Shown here piece by piece: positions 1 through 13,329 of a DNA stretch of 64,000 bases (positions are counted from its first letter, which is position 1; every line of letters begins with the position of its first letter). The notes under the pieces were generated by a model. It was not told the DNA's origin, searched no databases, and saw only the letters and a program-made list of their open reading frames with translations. Origin of the DNA: an uncultured Actinomycetes bacterium (GTDB taxonomy: Bacteria > Actinomycetota > Acidimicrobiia > IMCC26256 > PALSA-555); assembly GCA_963731625.1 (NCBI GenBank), contig CAVSWH010000001.1, positions 1,608,570 through 1,672,569 of the forward strand, given 5' to 3'. A program made the position numbers and the translations under genes.

Positions 1-246
1 CGCGTCCGCGACGCCCGCGACGAGTGGCTCCTCGGGCCCGACGACCACCAGGTCGGCCTGCAGGCGATCCGCGAGCGCGGCGACCGCCTCCGGGTCTTGA
101 GCGGCGACGTCGAGACGCTCGGCCACCGTCTCCACGCCGGGGTTGCCGGGGGCGACGAAGACCGCGTCCACTGAGGGGCTGCGGCGCAGCGACCAGGCGA
201 GCGCGTGCTCGCGGCCGCCGCTGCCGACGACGAGCGCTCGGGTCAC
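1..246 (-). CDS. purD: Phosphoribosylamine-glycine ligase, N-terminal part (runs off window start)
   Basis: Not in ORF track. Manual translation from GTG at 246: [37 protein letters not shown]...[18 protein letters not shown], the classic PurD N-terminus. GTGA overlap with purA stop. Confidence 0.93.
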   Translation of the reverse strand, partial: MTRALVVGSGGREHALAWSLRRSPSVDAVFVAPGNPGVETVAERLDVAAQDPEAVAALADRLQADLVVVGPEEPLVAGVADA

Positions 247-1535
247 GCGGCGCGGGGCAGGACGACCGTCTGCTCGCGGCTGGGGCCGACGGACACGAAC
301 GTCACGGGGAGGCCCGCCGCCTGCTCGACGACGCGCAGGTACTCGCGCGCCTCGGGTGGCAGGTCACCGATCCGGTTCATCTCGTCGATCGGGACACGCC
401 AGCCGGGCAGCGTCTCGTAGATCGGGCGCACCTTGTGCAGCACCGACTGGTGGTACGGGACGTGCTCGTAGCGCTCGCCGTCGTCGCCCACGTAGGCGAC
501 GCAGACCTTCAGCTCGTCGAAGCCCGACAGCACGTCGAGCTTGGTGACCGCGAGCTCGGTGCAGCTGTTGAGGGCGACCGCGTGGCGCAGCATCACGGCG
601 TCGAGCCAGCCCGGGCGGCGCCGTCGGCCGGTGTTGGTGCCGAACTCGGCACCGCGCTCGATCAGCTCGTTCCCGACGGGATCGTCCTCGAGGAGCTCGG
701 TCGGGAAGGGCCCGCTGCCGACGCGCGTCACGTACGCCTTCGCGACGCCGACGACCCGGGTGATGTCGCGCGGCCCGACCCCGGCGCCGGTGCAGGCGCC
801 GCCCGCGATCGGGTTCGACGAGGTGACGAAGGGGTAGGTGCCGTGGTCGAGGTCGAGGTAGGTGGCCTGCGCACCCTCGAAGAGCACGACCTCGCCGACG
901 TCGAGCGCGGCGTGGATCAGGTGCACGGTGTCGGCGATGTGGGGCTCGAGGCGGGGCGCGAGGCCCAGGTAGGCGCGACAGATCTCGTCGGCGTCGAGCG
1001 GCAGACGGTTGTAGACCTTCGTGAGGACCCCGTTCTTCTCGCGCAGGGCCAAGTCGAGCTTCTCGCGGAAGATCTTCGGGTCGAGGAGGTCCTGCACCCG
1101 CAGGCCGACGCGCAGCGCCTTGTCGGCGTAGGCCGGCCCGATCCCCCGCTTCGTGGTGCCGAGCCGGTTCTTGCCGAGGAATCGCTCGGTCACCCGGTCG
1201 AGCTCCTGGTGGTACGGCATGATCAGGTGGGCGTTGCCGGAGAGGCGCACCCGGCTGGTGTCGACCCCCTTGTGCTCGAGCATGTCGAGCTCGTCCACCA
1301 GCACGGCCGGGTCGACGACGACGCCGTTGCCGATGACCGGGGTGACGTGGTCGTAGAGGACGCCGCTCGGGACGAGCTGGAGGGCGAAGACGACGCCGTC
1401 CACCACGAGGGTGTGGCCCGCGTTGTGCCCGCCCTGGTAGCGGACGACGAGCGAGCTCTCCTTGGCCAGGTAGTCGGTGAACCGACCCTTGCCCTCGTCA
1501 CCCCATTGGGTGCCGACGATCACCGTGCCGGGCAC
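243..1535 (-). CDS. purA: Adenylosuccinate synthetase
   Basis: [70 protein letters not shown] motifs. Confidence 0.98.
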   Translation of the reverse strand: MPGTVIVGTQWGDEGKGRFTDYLAKESSLVVRYQGGHNAGHTLVVDGVVFALQLVPSGVLYDHVTPVIGNGVVVDPAVLVDELDMLEHKGVDTSRVRLSGNAHLIMPYHQELDRVTERFLGKNRLGTTKRGIGPAYADKALRVGLRVQDLLDPKIFREKLDLALREKNGVLTKVYNRLPLDADEICRAYLGLAPRLEPHIADTVHLIHAALDVGEVVLFEGAQATYLDLDHGTYPFVTSSNPIAGGACTGAGVGPRDITRVVGVAKAYVTRVGSGPFPTELLEDDPVGNELIERGAEFGTNTGRRRRPGWLDAVMLRHAVALNSCTELAVTKLDVLSGFDELKVCVAYVGDDGERYEHVPYHQSVLHKVRPIYETLPGWRVPIDEMNRIGDLPPEAREYLRVVEQAAGLPVTFVSVGPSREQTVVLPRAA

Positions 1536-1645
1536 TGCGGCCTCCGGCGGGGTTCACGCGGCTGCGCGTCAGCAGTCACGTTGTGGGCAGCGTAGTCGGG
1601 CCCGGGCCGGCCGACGCCGGACTTGTGCCCGGGCCAGGCGTGGGC

Positions 1646-4219
<2,574 letters not shown>

Positions 4220-4244
4220 CCTGGGCCTACCTCCACATCGGTCA

Positions 4245-4269
4245 AAGTTGACAACGTCTGTATCAACTT
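4245..4269. promoter_or_regulatory. HAIR-like HspR operator upstream of clpB
   Basis: AAGTTGACA-acgtctg-TATCAACTT: inverted repeat with 7-nt spacer, matching the HAIR architecture (CTTGAGT-N7-ACTCAAG). Confidence 0.75.
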
Positions 4270-4298
4270 CGTATTCCGGTGAACGGTCCCGGCCGGCC

Positions 4299-4685
4299 TC
4301 AGCGCCGGACGGGGACGATGGTGGTGCTGACCGGGACGAGCGACCGGCGGTAGTGGCGGTGGACGGCGTCGACCTGGTCCCGCGCGTCCCGGCGGGCCTG
4401 CTCGAGGGCCGCCTGCAGCTCGGCGATTCGGTCGTCGGCGTCCTCGAGGTCGGCTTCGAGGTCGAGGATCTTGCGGACCCCGGCGAGGCTCACGCCCTCG
4501 TTGGTCAGCTCCTGGATGCGGCGCAGCAGTGTGATGTCCCGGTCGGAGTAGCGGCGGCTGCCGCCCTGGGTGCGGCTGGGCTCGATGAGCCCCTTGCGCT
4601 CGTAGATCCGCAGCGTCTGCGCGTGGACCCCGGCCAGCTCGGCGGCCACCGAAATGATGTACAGCGCTCGGTCCCGGTCGTCCAT
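4299..4685 (-). CDS. hspR: Heat-shock repressor HspR (MerR family)
   Basis: [39 protein letters not shown]; located after dnaJ. Confidence 0.96.
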   Translation of the reverse strand: MDDRDRALYIISVAAELAGVHAQTLRIYERKGLIEPSRTQGGSRRYSDRDITLLRRIQELTNEGVSLAGVRKILDLEADLEDADDRIAELQAALEQARRDARDQVDAVHRHYRRSLVPVSTTIVPVRR

Positions 4686-4708
4686 CTGTCCTCCTCCCCC
4701 TTACCTCA

Positions 4709-5866
4709 CTACACGCCGAGGCGTTCGCGGGGGTTCTCTGGCAACTGCTCGGCGAGCGCGGTGACCGCGGCGCGCTGCTCGTCGGTGAGCGCCGTGGGCA
4801 CGACGACGTCGAAGGTCACGAGCAGGTCGCCCGCGTCGCCCTTGGCCGGGTGGATGCCGCGCCCGCGCACGCGCACCGTCTTGCCCGCCTGGGTGCCCGC
4901 CGGGACCTTCACGGTGACCGGCCCGTCGAGGGTCGGGACCTTCACCTGGGTGCCGAGCGCGGCCTCGGGGAACGTCACCGGCACCGTGACGGTGAGGTTC
5001 GTCTTGCCCTGCCGGGCGAAGATCGGGTGCGGGCCGACGTGGACCCGGACGAAGAGGTCGCCTGGCGGGCCGCCGTTGCGGCCGGCCGCGCCCCGGCCCT
5101 TCACCCGGATGCGCTGCCCGTCGCGGACGCCGGCGGGCATCCGCACCTTCACGTCGCGGCGGCGCCGCTCGACGCCGGTGCCGCGGCACTTCTTGCAGCG
5201 GTGCTCGATCACCTCGCCACGGCCGCCACACGTCGGGCAGACCTCGGAGAACGAGAAGGGCCCCTGGTCGACGGCCACCGCGCCGGTGCCGCCGCAGGTG
5301 GTGCAGGGCTGCGGGAACGTGCCGGGCTCGGCGCCGTTGCCGCCGCACACCGAGCAGGTGGCGTCGGAGGTCACGCCCACGCTCGTCGTCACCCCGTGGA
5401 CGGCGTCGACGAAGTCCAGGTGGAGCTCGGTCTCGAGGTCGGCGCCCCGCACCGGGCCGGTCGGCGCGCGGCCGCGCCGGCGGGTACCCCCGCGAGCGCC
5501 GCCACCGAAGAGGTTGCCGAGCAGGTCGCCGAGGCCGCCGCCGTCGTCGAAGTGGAACGTGGCGTTCCCGAAGCCGGGCCCAAACGGCCCGTTTCCGTCG
5601 CCGAAGCTGCTCGGGCCCGCGCCCGAGGCGACCATCTCGCGGACCTGGTCGTACTCCTTGCGCTTCTCGGCGTCGCCGAGCACCTCGTGCGCCGCCGAGA
5701 TCTCCTTGAAGCGGTCCTCGGCCGCGGTGTCGCCCGCGTTGGCGTCGGGATGGTTCTGCTTGGCGAGACGCCGGTAGGCGCGCTGGATCTCGCGGTCGCT
5801 CGCGCCGGATTCGACGCCGAGCACCGCGTAGTAGTCCTTCTCGAACCAGTCGCGCTGGGGAGCCAT
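4709..5866 (-). CDS. dnaJ: Chaperone DnaJ
   Basis: J-domain with HPD, G/F region, four CxxCxGxG zinc repeats. Confidence 0.98.
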   Translation of the reverse strand: MAPQRDWFEKDYYAVLGVESGASDREIQRAYRRLAKQNHPDANAGDTAAEDRFKEISAAHEVLGDAEKRKEYDQVREMVASGAGPSSFGDGNGPFGPGFGNATFHFDDGGGLGDLLGNLFGGGARGGTRRRGRAPTGPVRGADLETELHLDFVDAVHGVTTSVGVTSDATCSVCGGNGAEPGTFPQPCTTCGGTGAVAVDQGPFSFSEVCPTCGGRGEVIEHRCKKCRGTGVERRRRDVKVRMPAGVRDGQRIRVKGRGAAGRNGGPPGDLFVRVHVGPHPIFARQGKTNLTVTVPVTFPEAALGTQVKVPTLDGPVTVKVPAGTQAGKTVRVRGRGIHPAKGDAGDLLVTFDVVVPTALTDEQRAAVTALAEQLPENPRERLGV

Positions 5867-5873
5867 GGGGGTG

Positions 5874-6410
5874 TCAGTCCGTCGTCTGGTGGGCCACCTT
5901 GACCATCGCCGGGCGCAGCACCTTGCCCTTCAGGCGGTAGCCGGTGCGGACGAGGTCGGCCACGACCGGGTCGCCGCCGGGCCCGCCCTCCTGGAGGACC
6001 GCCTCGTGGATGTTCGGGTCGAAGGGGACGTCGGTGTCGTCGATCCGCTCGAGCCCGGCCTTCTCGAGGACGGCGACGAGCTCCGCGAACACGAGCTCGA
6101 TTCCTTTGCGGACGCGCTCGTCGGCGTCCTCGAGCTGGGTCACGGCCAGCGCCGCGCTGTCGAGGACCGGCAGCAGCTGCTCCACGAGCGTCTCGTTGGC
6201 CCGGGCGATCGCCTCGGTCTGCTCGCGGAGCATCCGCTTGCGGTAGTTCTCGAAGTCGGCCTGGACGCGCTGCGCGAGGGTCAGCAGCTCGTCGCGCTCC
6301 TTGCCGAGCGCGGCGAGGTCGGCCTCGAGGTCGGCCGGGACCTCACCCGAGGCGACGGGCGACGTGAGCACGTCCTCCTCGTCCTCGTTGATCGACTCGG
6401 ACTCGGGCAT
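5874..6410 (-). CDS. grpE: Nucleotide exchange factor GrpE
   Basis: QADFENYRKR, FDPNIHEAV, GYRLKGKVLRPAMVKV; TAATG overlap with dnaK stop. Confidence 0.97.
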   Translation of the reverse strand: MPESESINEDEEDVLTSPVASGEVPADLEADLAALGKERDELLTLAQRVQADFENYRKRMLREQTEAIARANETLVEQLLPVLDSAALAVTQLEDADERVRKGIELVFAELVAVLEKAGLERIDDTDVPFDPNIHEAVLQEGGPGGDPVVADLVRTGYRLKGKVLRPAMVKVAHQTTD

Positions 6411-8254
6411 TAGGCGCTGCGCTCTTCACCGTCGTCGACGATCTCGGCGTCGGCGACCTCGTCGTCCGACGGCGGCGGTGCGTCCCCGCCCGGGGCGGAG
6501 GACGCCGCGTTCTGCTGGGCCTGGGCCGTCTGGTAGAGCCGCTGCGCGAACTCCTGGCTGGCGGCGAGGAGTGCCTCGTGCTTCTGGCGCACGGCGTCGA
6601 TGTCGGTGCCGGCGAGCGCGGTCTTCAGGTCACCGAGCGCGGCCTCGATCTTCGTGCGGTCGTCCGCCGAGACCTTGTCCGCCTGCTCCTTCAGGAGCTT
6701 CTCGGTCTGGAAGACGAGCGAGTCCGCGTTGTTGCGGGTCTCGGCCTCCTCGCGCTTGCGGCGGTCCTCCTCGGCGTGCGCCTCGGCCTCCTTCACCATG
6801 CGGTCGATCTCGTCCTTGCCGAGCGCGGTGCCGCCGGTGATCGTCATCGCCTGCTCCTTGCCCGTCCCGAGGTCCTTCGCGCTCACGTGCACGATGCCGT
6901 TCGCGTCGATGTCGAACGTGACCTCGATCTGGGGCACGCCGCGGGGCGCGGGCGGGAGCCCGACCAGCTGGAACGTGCCGAGCATCTTGTTGCGGTACGC
7001 CATGTCGCTCTCGCCCTGGAGCACCTTGATCTCGACACTGGGCTGGTTGTCGTCCGCGGTGGTGAACACCTCGGAGCGCTTCGTCGGGATCGTCGTGTTC
7101 CGCTCGATGAGCCGGGTCATGATCTGACCCTTCGTCTCGATGCCGAGCGACAGCGGCGTGACGTCGAGGAGCAGGACGTCCTTCACGTCGCCCTTCAGCA
7201 CGCCGGCCTGGATGGCGGCGCCGACCGCGACGGCCTCGTCGGGGTTGACGCCCTTGTCGCCCTCCTTGCCGGTGAGGTCGCGCACCAGGTCCTGCACGGC
7301 GGGCATGCGGGTGGACCCGCCGACGAGGATGACCCGGTCGATGTCGCTGCTCTTCAGGCTCGCGTCACGGATCGCCTGCTCGAAGGGCCCCTTGCAGGAC
7401 TCGAGCAGATCCGCGGTGAGCTCCTGGAACTTGGCCCGCGAGAGGCTCAGCTCCAGGTGCAGCGGCCCGTCCTGGGTCGCCGTGATGAACGGCAGGTTGA
7501 TCGACGTCTCCTGCAGCGAGGAGAGCTCGATCTTGGCCTTCTCGGCGGCTTCCTTCAGACGCTGCGTCGCCATCTTGTCGGCCGCCAGGTCGACCCCGTG
7601 GGCACCCTTGAACTCGGTGACCATCCAGTCGATGACGCGCTGGTCCCAGTCGTCGCCGCCGAGGTGCGTGTTCCCGGCCGTCGCCTTGACCTCGAAGACG
7701 CCCTCGCCGAGGTCGAGCACGGACACGTCGAAGGTGCCCCCGCCGAGGTCGAACACGAGGATGGTGAGGTCGTGCTCCTTGTCGAGGCCGTACGCGAGCG
7801 CGGCGGCCGTCGGCTCGTTGATGATCCGGAGCACGTCGAGGCCTGCGATCTCGCCGGCCTCCTTCGTGGCCTGGCGCTGGGCGTCGTCGAAGTAGGCCGG
7901 GGCGGTGATCACGGCCTGGGTGACCGTGTCACCGAGGTACGCCTCCGCGTCCCGCTTCAGCTTCTGGAGGATGCGGGCCGAGATCTCCTGGGCCGAATAG
8001 TGCTTCCCGTCGATGTCGATGTTCCACGACGTGCCCATCTCGCGCTTCACGGAGCGGATGGTGCGGTCGGGGTTGGTGATCGCCTGGCGCTTCGCCACCT
8101 CGCCGACGAGGACCTCGCCGGTCTTGGAGAACGCCACGACCGACGGGGTCGTGCGGGACCCCTCGGCGTTGGGGATGACGGTCGGCTCGCCCGCCTCGAG
8201 GATCGAGACGACCGAGTTCGTGGTGCCGAGGTCGATGCCGACGGCCTTGGGCAT
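6410..8254 (-). CDS. dnaK: Chaperone DnaK
   Basis: [28 protein letters not shown] motifs; RBS GGAGG upstream. Confidence 0.99.
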   Translation of the reverse strand: MPKAVGIDLGTTNSVVSILEAGEPTVIPNAEGSRTTPSVVAFSKTGEVLVGEVAKRQAITNPDRTIRSVKREMGTSWNIDIDGKHYSAQEISARILQKLKRDAEAYLGDTVTQAVITAPAYFDDAQRQATKEAGEIAGLDVLRIINEPTAAALAYGLDKEHDLTILVFDLGGGTFDVSVLDLGEGVFEVKATAGNTHLGGDDWDQRVIDWMVTEFKGAHGVDLAADKMATQRLKEAAEKAKIELSSLQETSINLPFITATQDGPLHLELSLSRAKFQELTADLLESCKGPFEQAIRDASLKSSDIDRVILVGGSTRMPAVQDLVRDLTGKEGDKGVNPDEAVAVGAAIQAGVLKGDVKDVLLLDVTPLSLGIETKGQIMTRLIERNTTIPTKRSEVFTTADDNQPSVEIKVLQGESDMAYRNKMLGTFQLVGLPPAPRGVPQIEVTFDIDANGIVHVSAKDLGTGKEQAMTITGGTALGKDEIDRMVKEAEAHAEEDRRKREEAETRNNADSLVFQTEKLLKEQADKVSADDRTKIEAALGDLKTALAGTDIDAVRQKHEALLAASQEFAQRLYQTAQAQQNAASSAPGGDAPPPSDDEVADAEIVDDGEERSA

Positions 8255-8280
8255 GGTGGATGTGCCTCCGTGTCGAAAAC

Positions 8281-8301
8281 CTTGAGTCTGACCGTATCAA
8301 C
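8281..8301. promoter_or_regulatory. HAIR-like HspR operator upstream of dnaK
   Basis: CTTGAGT-ctgaccg-TATCAAC: one perfect HAIR half-site, 7-nt spacer, and a second half-site identical to the clpB variant. Confidence 0.85.
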
Positions 8302-8377
8302 TTTGGTGCTATCGCACCTATTCCCGGCTCTCGGACCCGCCCGGGCGCCGTTTGACACCGGGGGGTACATTTCCGGC

Positions 8378-8803
8378 ATGCCCCGGCGAGGCGCCATGCC
8401 CGACCTGGCGGAGGTCCCCCTCTTCTCGGCCTGCTCCAAGAAGGAGCTCCAGCTGATCGGCCGGCGCACCGAGCGGCTCCACGTCGAGCCCGGCAAGATC
8501 CTCGTCCGGGAGGGCGCCGCGGGGGCCGAGTTCTTCGTGATCATCAGCGGCGAGGCCGACGTGTCCGTCCGGGGCCGGACGGTCGCCACCCTGGGACCCG
8601 GGGACTTCTTCGGGGACCTCGCCCTCCTCGACCGGGCGCCCCGCAACGCGACCGTGACGGCGAAGACCGAGATGGAGCTCGCGGTCCTGGGCCAGCGCGA
8701 GTTTGCCGCGATGATCGACGAGGTGCCGGGTTTCGCGCACAAGCTGCTGAGCGGGCTCGCCCACCGGCTGCGCGAGTACGACGCGAAGAGCGCGCCCCAC
8801 TAG
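8378..8803 (+). CDS. Stand-alone cyclic-nucleotide-binding domain protein
   Basis: C-terminal part of track ORF 6578..8803: VPLFSACS...LGPGDFFGDLALLDRAPRNATVTA. ATG 8378 lies 6 nt after TACATT (alternative start ATG 8396). Confidence 0.9.
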   Translation: MPRRGAMPDLAEVPLFSACSKKELQLIGRRTERLHVEPGKILVREGAAGAEFFVIISGEADVSVRGRTVATLGPGDFFGDLALLDRAPRNATVTAKTEMELAVLGQREFAAMIDEVPGFAHKLLSGLAHRLREYDAKSAPH

Positions 8804-8946
8804 GGATGCGGGCCTTCTCGGCCTTCCAGTGCGGGCGGCCCCGGGTTGGGCGACGGGCACTGGTTCCGGCTTCGTGGCTCTCGGTCGGGCCCGCCGCCTG
8901 GGGCGGGTGCGGTGCCGGGAGCTCCACCGGCGTTTTGCCACTCCGG
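8804..8946 (-). ncRNA. Putative TnpB omegaRNA/reRNA scaffold
   Basis: Minus strand after tnpB stop reads AAACGCCGGTGGAG...GAAGCCGGAACC (canonical ACGCCTGTGGAG...GAAGCAGGAA with a compensatory T-A to G-C change). It is followed by a 7-bp stem CCAGTGC/GCACTGG (8826-8832 with 8857-8863) and a GGCC-GAGAA-GGCC hairpin. Confidence 0.65.
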
Positions 8947-10201
8947 CTACTCGACGGCGTGGGTTCGCGGGGGGCGTGGGTCGGGGAGAGCGAGGCGGGC
9001 GAGGTTGGTCGCGGCGTTGCGGTCACGGTCCACGACGATCCCGCATGCCGGGCAGACGAACGTCGGGGCTGATCCAAGGTGCTGGTGGTAGTGCCCGCAG
9101 GCTGAGCAGGTTTTGGAGGACCCGTACCAGCGGTCGGCGACGACGAGTCGGTTGGCATACCAGTCGGCTTTGTAGGTGAGCTGGCGGCGCAGTTCCCCGA
9201 AGCCCTGATCCGCGACCCGGCCGGCGAGGCGATGGTTGCGCAGCATCCCGGCGACGTGGAGGTCCTCGATCACGAGGGTCTGGTAGCGGGCGACCAGCCC
9301 GCTGGTCAGCTCGTGGAGCTGATGCTCGCGCCGGTGCGCGACTGTGGCGTGCAGACGTGTCAGGCGCGTCGTGGCGCGGCGGCGACCCGACGAGGCGGGC
9401 TTGGTTCTCGCCCAGCCTCGTTGGGCCCGCCGCAACCGGCGCTGGGCCCCATGGAGCGCGTTCACCCCCTCCCACTGCTCGAGAAGCCGACCGCGGGCAT
9501 CCGCGACGCTGGCGAGGCGCCGCACACCCAGGTCCACCCCGACCGGTCCCGGTGCTCGGCCGCGGCGGCGATGCTCCGGGTGGAACGGCGCGGCCCGTCC
9601 GGCGACGCTCAGCCACCAGCGGCCCCGCCGATACGACACCGTCGTGGAGAGCACCTCGAAGCGACCCGCCGCCAGGAGCCGGCGCAGCCGCCGCGTGTCG
9701 TCATGGACCCGCACCCAGCCCAGACACGACACCCGCAGCGCCCGACCCTCGACGCGCAGCTGTTCAGGATGGCGCAACCGGAACCGCGGCGTCGTGCGCT
9801 TGCGGGCCTTAAACACCGGGAACCCCACCCGGGCGCCCCACCGGCGCCCGGCCCGCGACGCCGCCCAGTTCGCCAACCCCGCCGCCAGATCCACCGCGGC
9901 GCACTCGAACACCGCGCTCGGGATCTCCTTTCCCCACGCCAGCTCCCGGCGCCGCCGATAGGCGCTCCGAATCGAGCGCGTACTTCGACCATGCCACCTG
10001 GGTTGTTGGCGCCCCCAACGTGGCGCGCTCCGCGGCGCGGGCATCCAAGCCCGCCTTCACCTCACCCAACAACGCGTTGAAGACGAACCGCGACGCCCCC
10101 GCCCAACGGACCAGCCGCGCCTCCAACACCGGGGACACAACAACAGCGAAACGAAACCCCACCGGCCGCCAACCATTACGACCACCGACCCCAGACACCA
10201 C
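8947..10201 (-). CDS. tnpB: RNA-guided endonuclease TnpB (IS607/IS1535-like), split by one +1 indel near 9972-9977
   Basis: N-part in ORF 9809..10201 (GFRFAV...RWAGASRFVFNALL); remainder in ORF 8947..10044 with RuvC GVDLG, VIEDL, DRDRNAATNL and Zn finger CSACG/CPACG. Confidence 0.9.
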
Positions 10202-10323
10202 CCGATCGTCAAACCCAGGTATGACACTCCAAACCTGCGGCCCCTACGGGTGTGCGCTCTCAGCCGCGCGGCGGCGCGCCGGGTTTCCGGTCGCGCGAAG
10301 AAGCGAGCACTAGGTTTCTGACC

Positions 10324-12534
10324 GTGCGGCGCCGCTTCCCCTTGAAGCCGAGCCAGCTCGTGCTGGTCCTCGGCGTGCTGATCGCCGCGGGCACGATCGC
10401 GTCGGGGGTCATCCCGCGCCTGACCGAGTGGACCGACTCATCGCGGGTCGCCCGGGCGACGTTCTTCGACATCCCCGACCCCGTCTACTGGATGTTCTAC
10501 GGCACGGTCGCCGTGATGCTCGTCGTGTGCGCGTGGCTCGCGTCGATGCGGGTCCGGAACTACCTGCGGGGCGGCCCGGACGACCGCCGCACGACCCGCG
10601 AGAACGTGCACCGCCGCCTGGGCGACTTCCGCTCCGGCGTCTGGATGCGCACGCTGCTCCGCGACCCCGCGGCCGGCCTGATGCACTCGTTCATCTACTT
10701 CGGGTTCCTCGTGCTCTTCGCCGCGACGGTCGTGCTCGAGATCGACCACCAGCTGCCACCGTCGCTCAAGTTCCTCCACGGCACCGTCTACGAGTCGTAC
10801 AAGGCGACGGCGAACGTCTTCGGGATCGTGTTCGTCGTCGGCCTCGTGTGGGCCGTCGGTCGCCGCTACCTCGTCCGCCCGTACCGGATCCGGATCAAGA
10901 CCAAGCCCGAGGACGCGGTGATCCTGGGAACGTTCCTCCTCATCGGGGTCACCGGCTTCCTCATCGAGGGCTTCCGCATCGCGCTCGAAGGTCGCCCCCA
11001 CTTCGAGGAGTGGTCCTTCGTGGGCTGGGGCCTCTCGGCCCTGTGGGCCCACTGGTCGCACGCCACGCTCTCGGACCTGCACCGCACGATGTGGATCGTG
11101 CACGCCGCCGCGTTCGTCGCCTTCCTGGTGATCCTGCCGACCACGAAGCTGCGCCACATGTTCACGTCCCCGATGAACATGTACCTGGGGGACCGGGAGC
11201 GGCCCAAGGGCGCGATGCGGCCCATGCCGAACCTCATGGAGACCGACCTCGAGACGTTCGGGGCCGCGAAGGTCGAGGACTTCACCTGGAAGCAGCTCTT
11301 CGACACCGACGCGTGCACGATCTGCGGCCGTTGCACGTCCGTCTGCCCGGCCCACGCCACGGGCAAGGCGCTCGACCCGCGCGAGATCGTGCTGAAGGTC
11401 GGCGAGGTCATGGCCGCGACCGGCGACCCCGTCGTCGCGCCCCCCGTGGGCGTCGACCGCGACATCACGATCGGCGCCGACTCGATCTTCGAGCGAGTCA
11501 CGTCCGAGGAGCTGTGGGCGTGCACGAGCTGCAAGGCCTGTGACGAGATCTGCCCGGTGAACATCGAGATCCTCGACAAGATCCTCGACATGCGCCGCTA
11601 CCTGACGCTGATGGAGAGCGACTTCCCGACCGAGCTCGGCAACACGTTCCGCTCGATGGAGAACTCCTCGAACGTGTACGGGATGAACCAGGCCGAGCGC
11701 GGCGACTGGGCCCGCGACCTCGACGGGGTGCCGATCATCGACGCGTCGGGCCCCCTCGAGCACGAGTACCTGTACTGGGTGGGCTGCGCCGGCAGCTTCG
11801 ACGACCGCAACAAGCGGGCCAGCCGCGCGATCGCCAAGCTGCTCCAGCGCGCCGGGCTCGACTTCGCCATCCTCGGGCCGAGCGAGCTCTGCACCGGCGA
11901 CCCGGCCCGCCGCTCGGGCAACGAGTACATCTTCCAGATGCTCGCGATGCAGAACGTCGAGGCGCTGAACGGGCTCGGGGTCCGGAAGGTGATCACCCAG
12001 TGCCCCCACTGCTTCAACACGCTGAAGAACGAGTACCCCCAGCTGGGCGGGAACTACGAGGTCGTCCACCACTCGCAGCTGCTCATGGACCTCATCGACG
12101 ACGGGCGGCTCTCCCTCGACGGCGCGACGCTCGAAGAGCGCGTCACCTACCACGACTCCTGCTACCTCGGCCGCCACAACGACGTGTACCTGGCACCGCG
12201 CCGGGTCGTGGGGTCCCTACGCGGCATCGACGTCGTCGAGATGCCACGGAACGGCACCCGCGGCATGTGCTGCGGCGCCGGCGGCGCGCGGATGTGGATG
12301 GAGGAGCGCGTCGGCAAGAAGGTGAACACCGAGCGCTCCCAGGAGGCACTCTCCACCGGCGCGACCCGCATCGCCGTCGCGTGCCCCTTCTGCTACGTGA
12401 TGATGGAGGACGGCGTGAAGGAAGCGCAGCGCGACGACGACGTGCGCGTGCAGGACATCGCCGAGGTGCTGCTCGACGCCATCGAGCACGGCCCGGTCCC
12501 CGCCACCACGGCTGAGCCCGCCCCGGGCGTCTAA
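10324..12534 (+). CDS. Membrane-bound Fe-S oxidoreductase (FadF/HdrD/GlpC-like, CCG domains)
   Basis: N-terminal TM helices, CTICGRCTSVCP and CTSCKACDEICP ferredoxin motifs, CTGD and MCCGAGG CCG-type motifs; start uncertain (10324 or 10342). Confidence 0.88.
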   Translation: MRRRFPLKPSQLVLVLGVLIAAGTIASGVIPRLTEWTDSSRVARATFFDIPDPVYWMFYGTVAVMLVVCAWLASMRVRNYLRGGPDDRRTTRENVHRRLGDFRSGVWMRTLLRDPAAGLMHSFIYFGFLVLFAATVVLEIDHQLPPSLKFLHGTVYESYKATANVFGIVFVVGLVWAVGRRYLVRPYRIRIKTKPEDAVILGTFLLIGVTGFLIEGFRIALEGRPHFEEWSFVGWGLSALWAHWSHATLSDLHRTMWIVHAAAFVAFLVILPTTKLRHMFTSPMNMYLGDRERPKGAMRPMPNLMETDLETFGAAKVEDFTWKQLFDTDACTICGRCTSVCPAHATGKALDPREIVLKVGEVMAATGDPVVAPPVGVDRDITIGADSIFERVTSEELWACTSCKACDEICPVNIEILDKILDMRRYLTLMESDFPTELGNTFRSMENSSNVYGMNQAERGDWARDLDGVPIIDASGPLEHEYLYWVGCAGSFDDRNKRASRAIAKLLQRAGLDFAILGPSELCTGDPARRSGNEYIFQMLAMQNVEALNGLGVRKVITQCPHCFNTLKNEYPQLGGNYEVVHHSQLLMDLIDDGRLSLDGATLEERVTYHDSCYLGRHNDVYLAPRRVVGSLRGIDVVEMPRNGTRGMCCGAGGARMWMEERVGKKVNTERSQEALSTGATRIAVACPFCYVMMEDGVKEAQRDDDVRVQDIAEVLLDAIEHGPVPATTAEPAPGV

Positions 12535-12546
12535 TCGGCCGCTCCC

Positions 12547-13329
12547 TTGACCTGGCTCGGCTCGCTGCCCGCCTGGGCGCTCTTCGCCCTCTTCGCCTCC
12601 GGCGCGGTCCTCTTCACGTTCGGCGTCGATGAGCTGCTCCGGCGGCGGCTGAACCCCGACGTCCGGGCCCGCGCCGGTCCCACGGCCGCGACGACGCTGC
12701 AGGCCCTCGCGACGATCTACGCGGTGCTCGTCGCGTTCGTCATCGTCAACGAGTACACACAGTTCCGCTCGGCGCAGTCGCAGGTATCCGACAAGGCGGC
12801 GCAGCTGAGCGTCGTGTTCGAGAACAGCCGCAACCTGCCCGAGCCCGACGGACAGCGACTCCGCGCTGCAGCCCTGCATTACGCCGAGGAGGACCTCCGC
12901 GACGGCATCCCGTACCTCGAGCGGACGAGCACGCCGAGCCTGCGAGCCGACGCGTCGCTCGACCAGCTCTACCGGGTCGTGGCGACGATCGAGCCCCACA
13001 CCCCGTCAGCGCAGGCGGCGTACCAGCAGATCCTCGCCGCGCTGAGTCAGGTGTCGCTGACGCGCAGCCAGCTGACCAACGCCGCGACCGCCACGATCCC
13101 CGTCGCCTTGTTCGTGATCCTCGCGGTGCTCGCGGCGGCGACGCTCGCCGTCGCGGCGGCGATGGACACCCGCCACCGCCGCTCCCATCTGCTGATCCTC
13201 GCCACGCTCGCGATCGCGCTGTCGATGACGCTCGCGCTCGTGGCCGGGCTCGACTACCCGTTCCGCGGGTTCATCCACATCGACACCAGCCCGTTGAGCC
13301 AGTTCGTCACCGGCCGGTCGTCGCTCTAG
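12547..13329 (+). CDS. DUF4239/bestrophin-like membrane protein
   Basis: Four hydrophobic segments; [11 protein letters not shown] and LDYPFRG motifs typical of the family. Confidence 0.7.
   Translation: MTWLGSLPAWALFALFASGAVLFTFGVDELLRRRLNPDVRARAGPTAATTLQALATIYAVLVAFVIVNEYTQFRSAQSQVSDKAAQLSVVFENSRNLPEPDGQRLRAAALHYAEEDLRDGIPYLERTSTPSLRADASLDQLYRVVATIEPHTPSAQAAYQQILAALSQVSLTRSQLTNAATATIPVALFVILAVLAAATLAVAAAMDTRHRRSHLLILATLAIALSMTLALVAGLDYPFRGFIHIDTSPLSQFVTGRSSL

Larger units (their letters stand above)
8804..10226 (-). mobile_element. Solo IS607-type tnpB element, no TnpA (ends approximate)
   Basis: tnpB plus a downstream omegaRNA-like scaffold inserted between housekeeping genes. No serine recombinase or Y1 transposase ORF adjacent. 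Exact ends not determinable by eye. Confidence 0.6.

Noticed and set aside
8947-10201. TnpB as a nuclease-dead TldR-type regulator
   Set aside because: All three RuvC acidic residues and the Zn finger are present.
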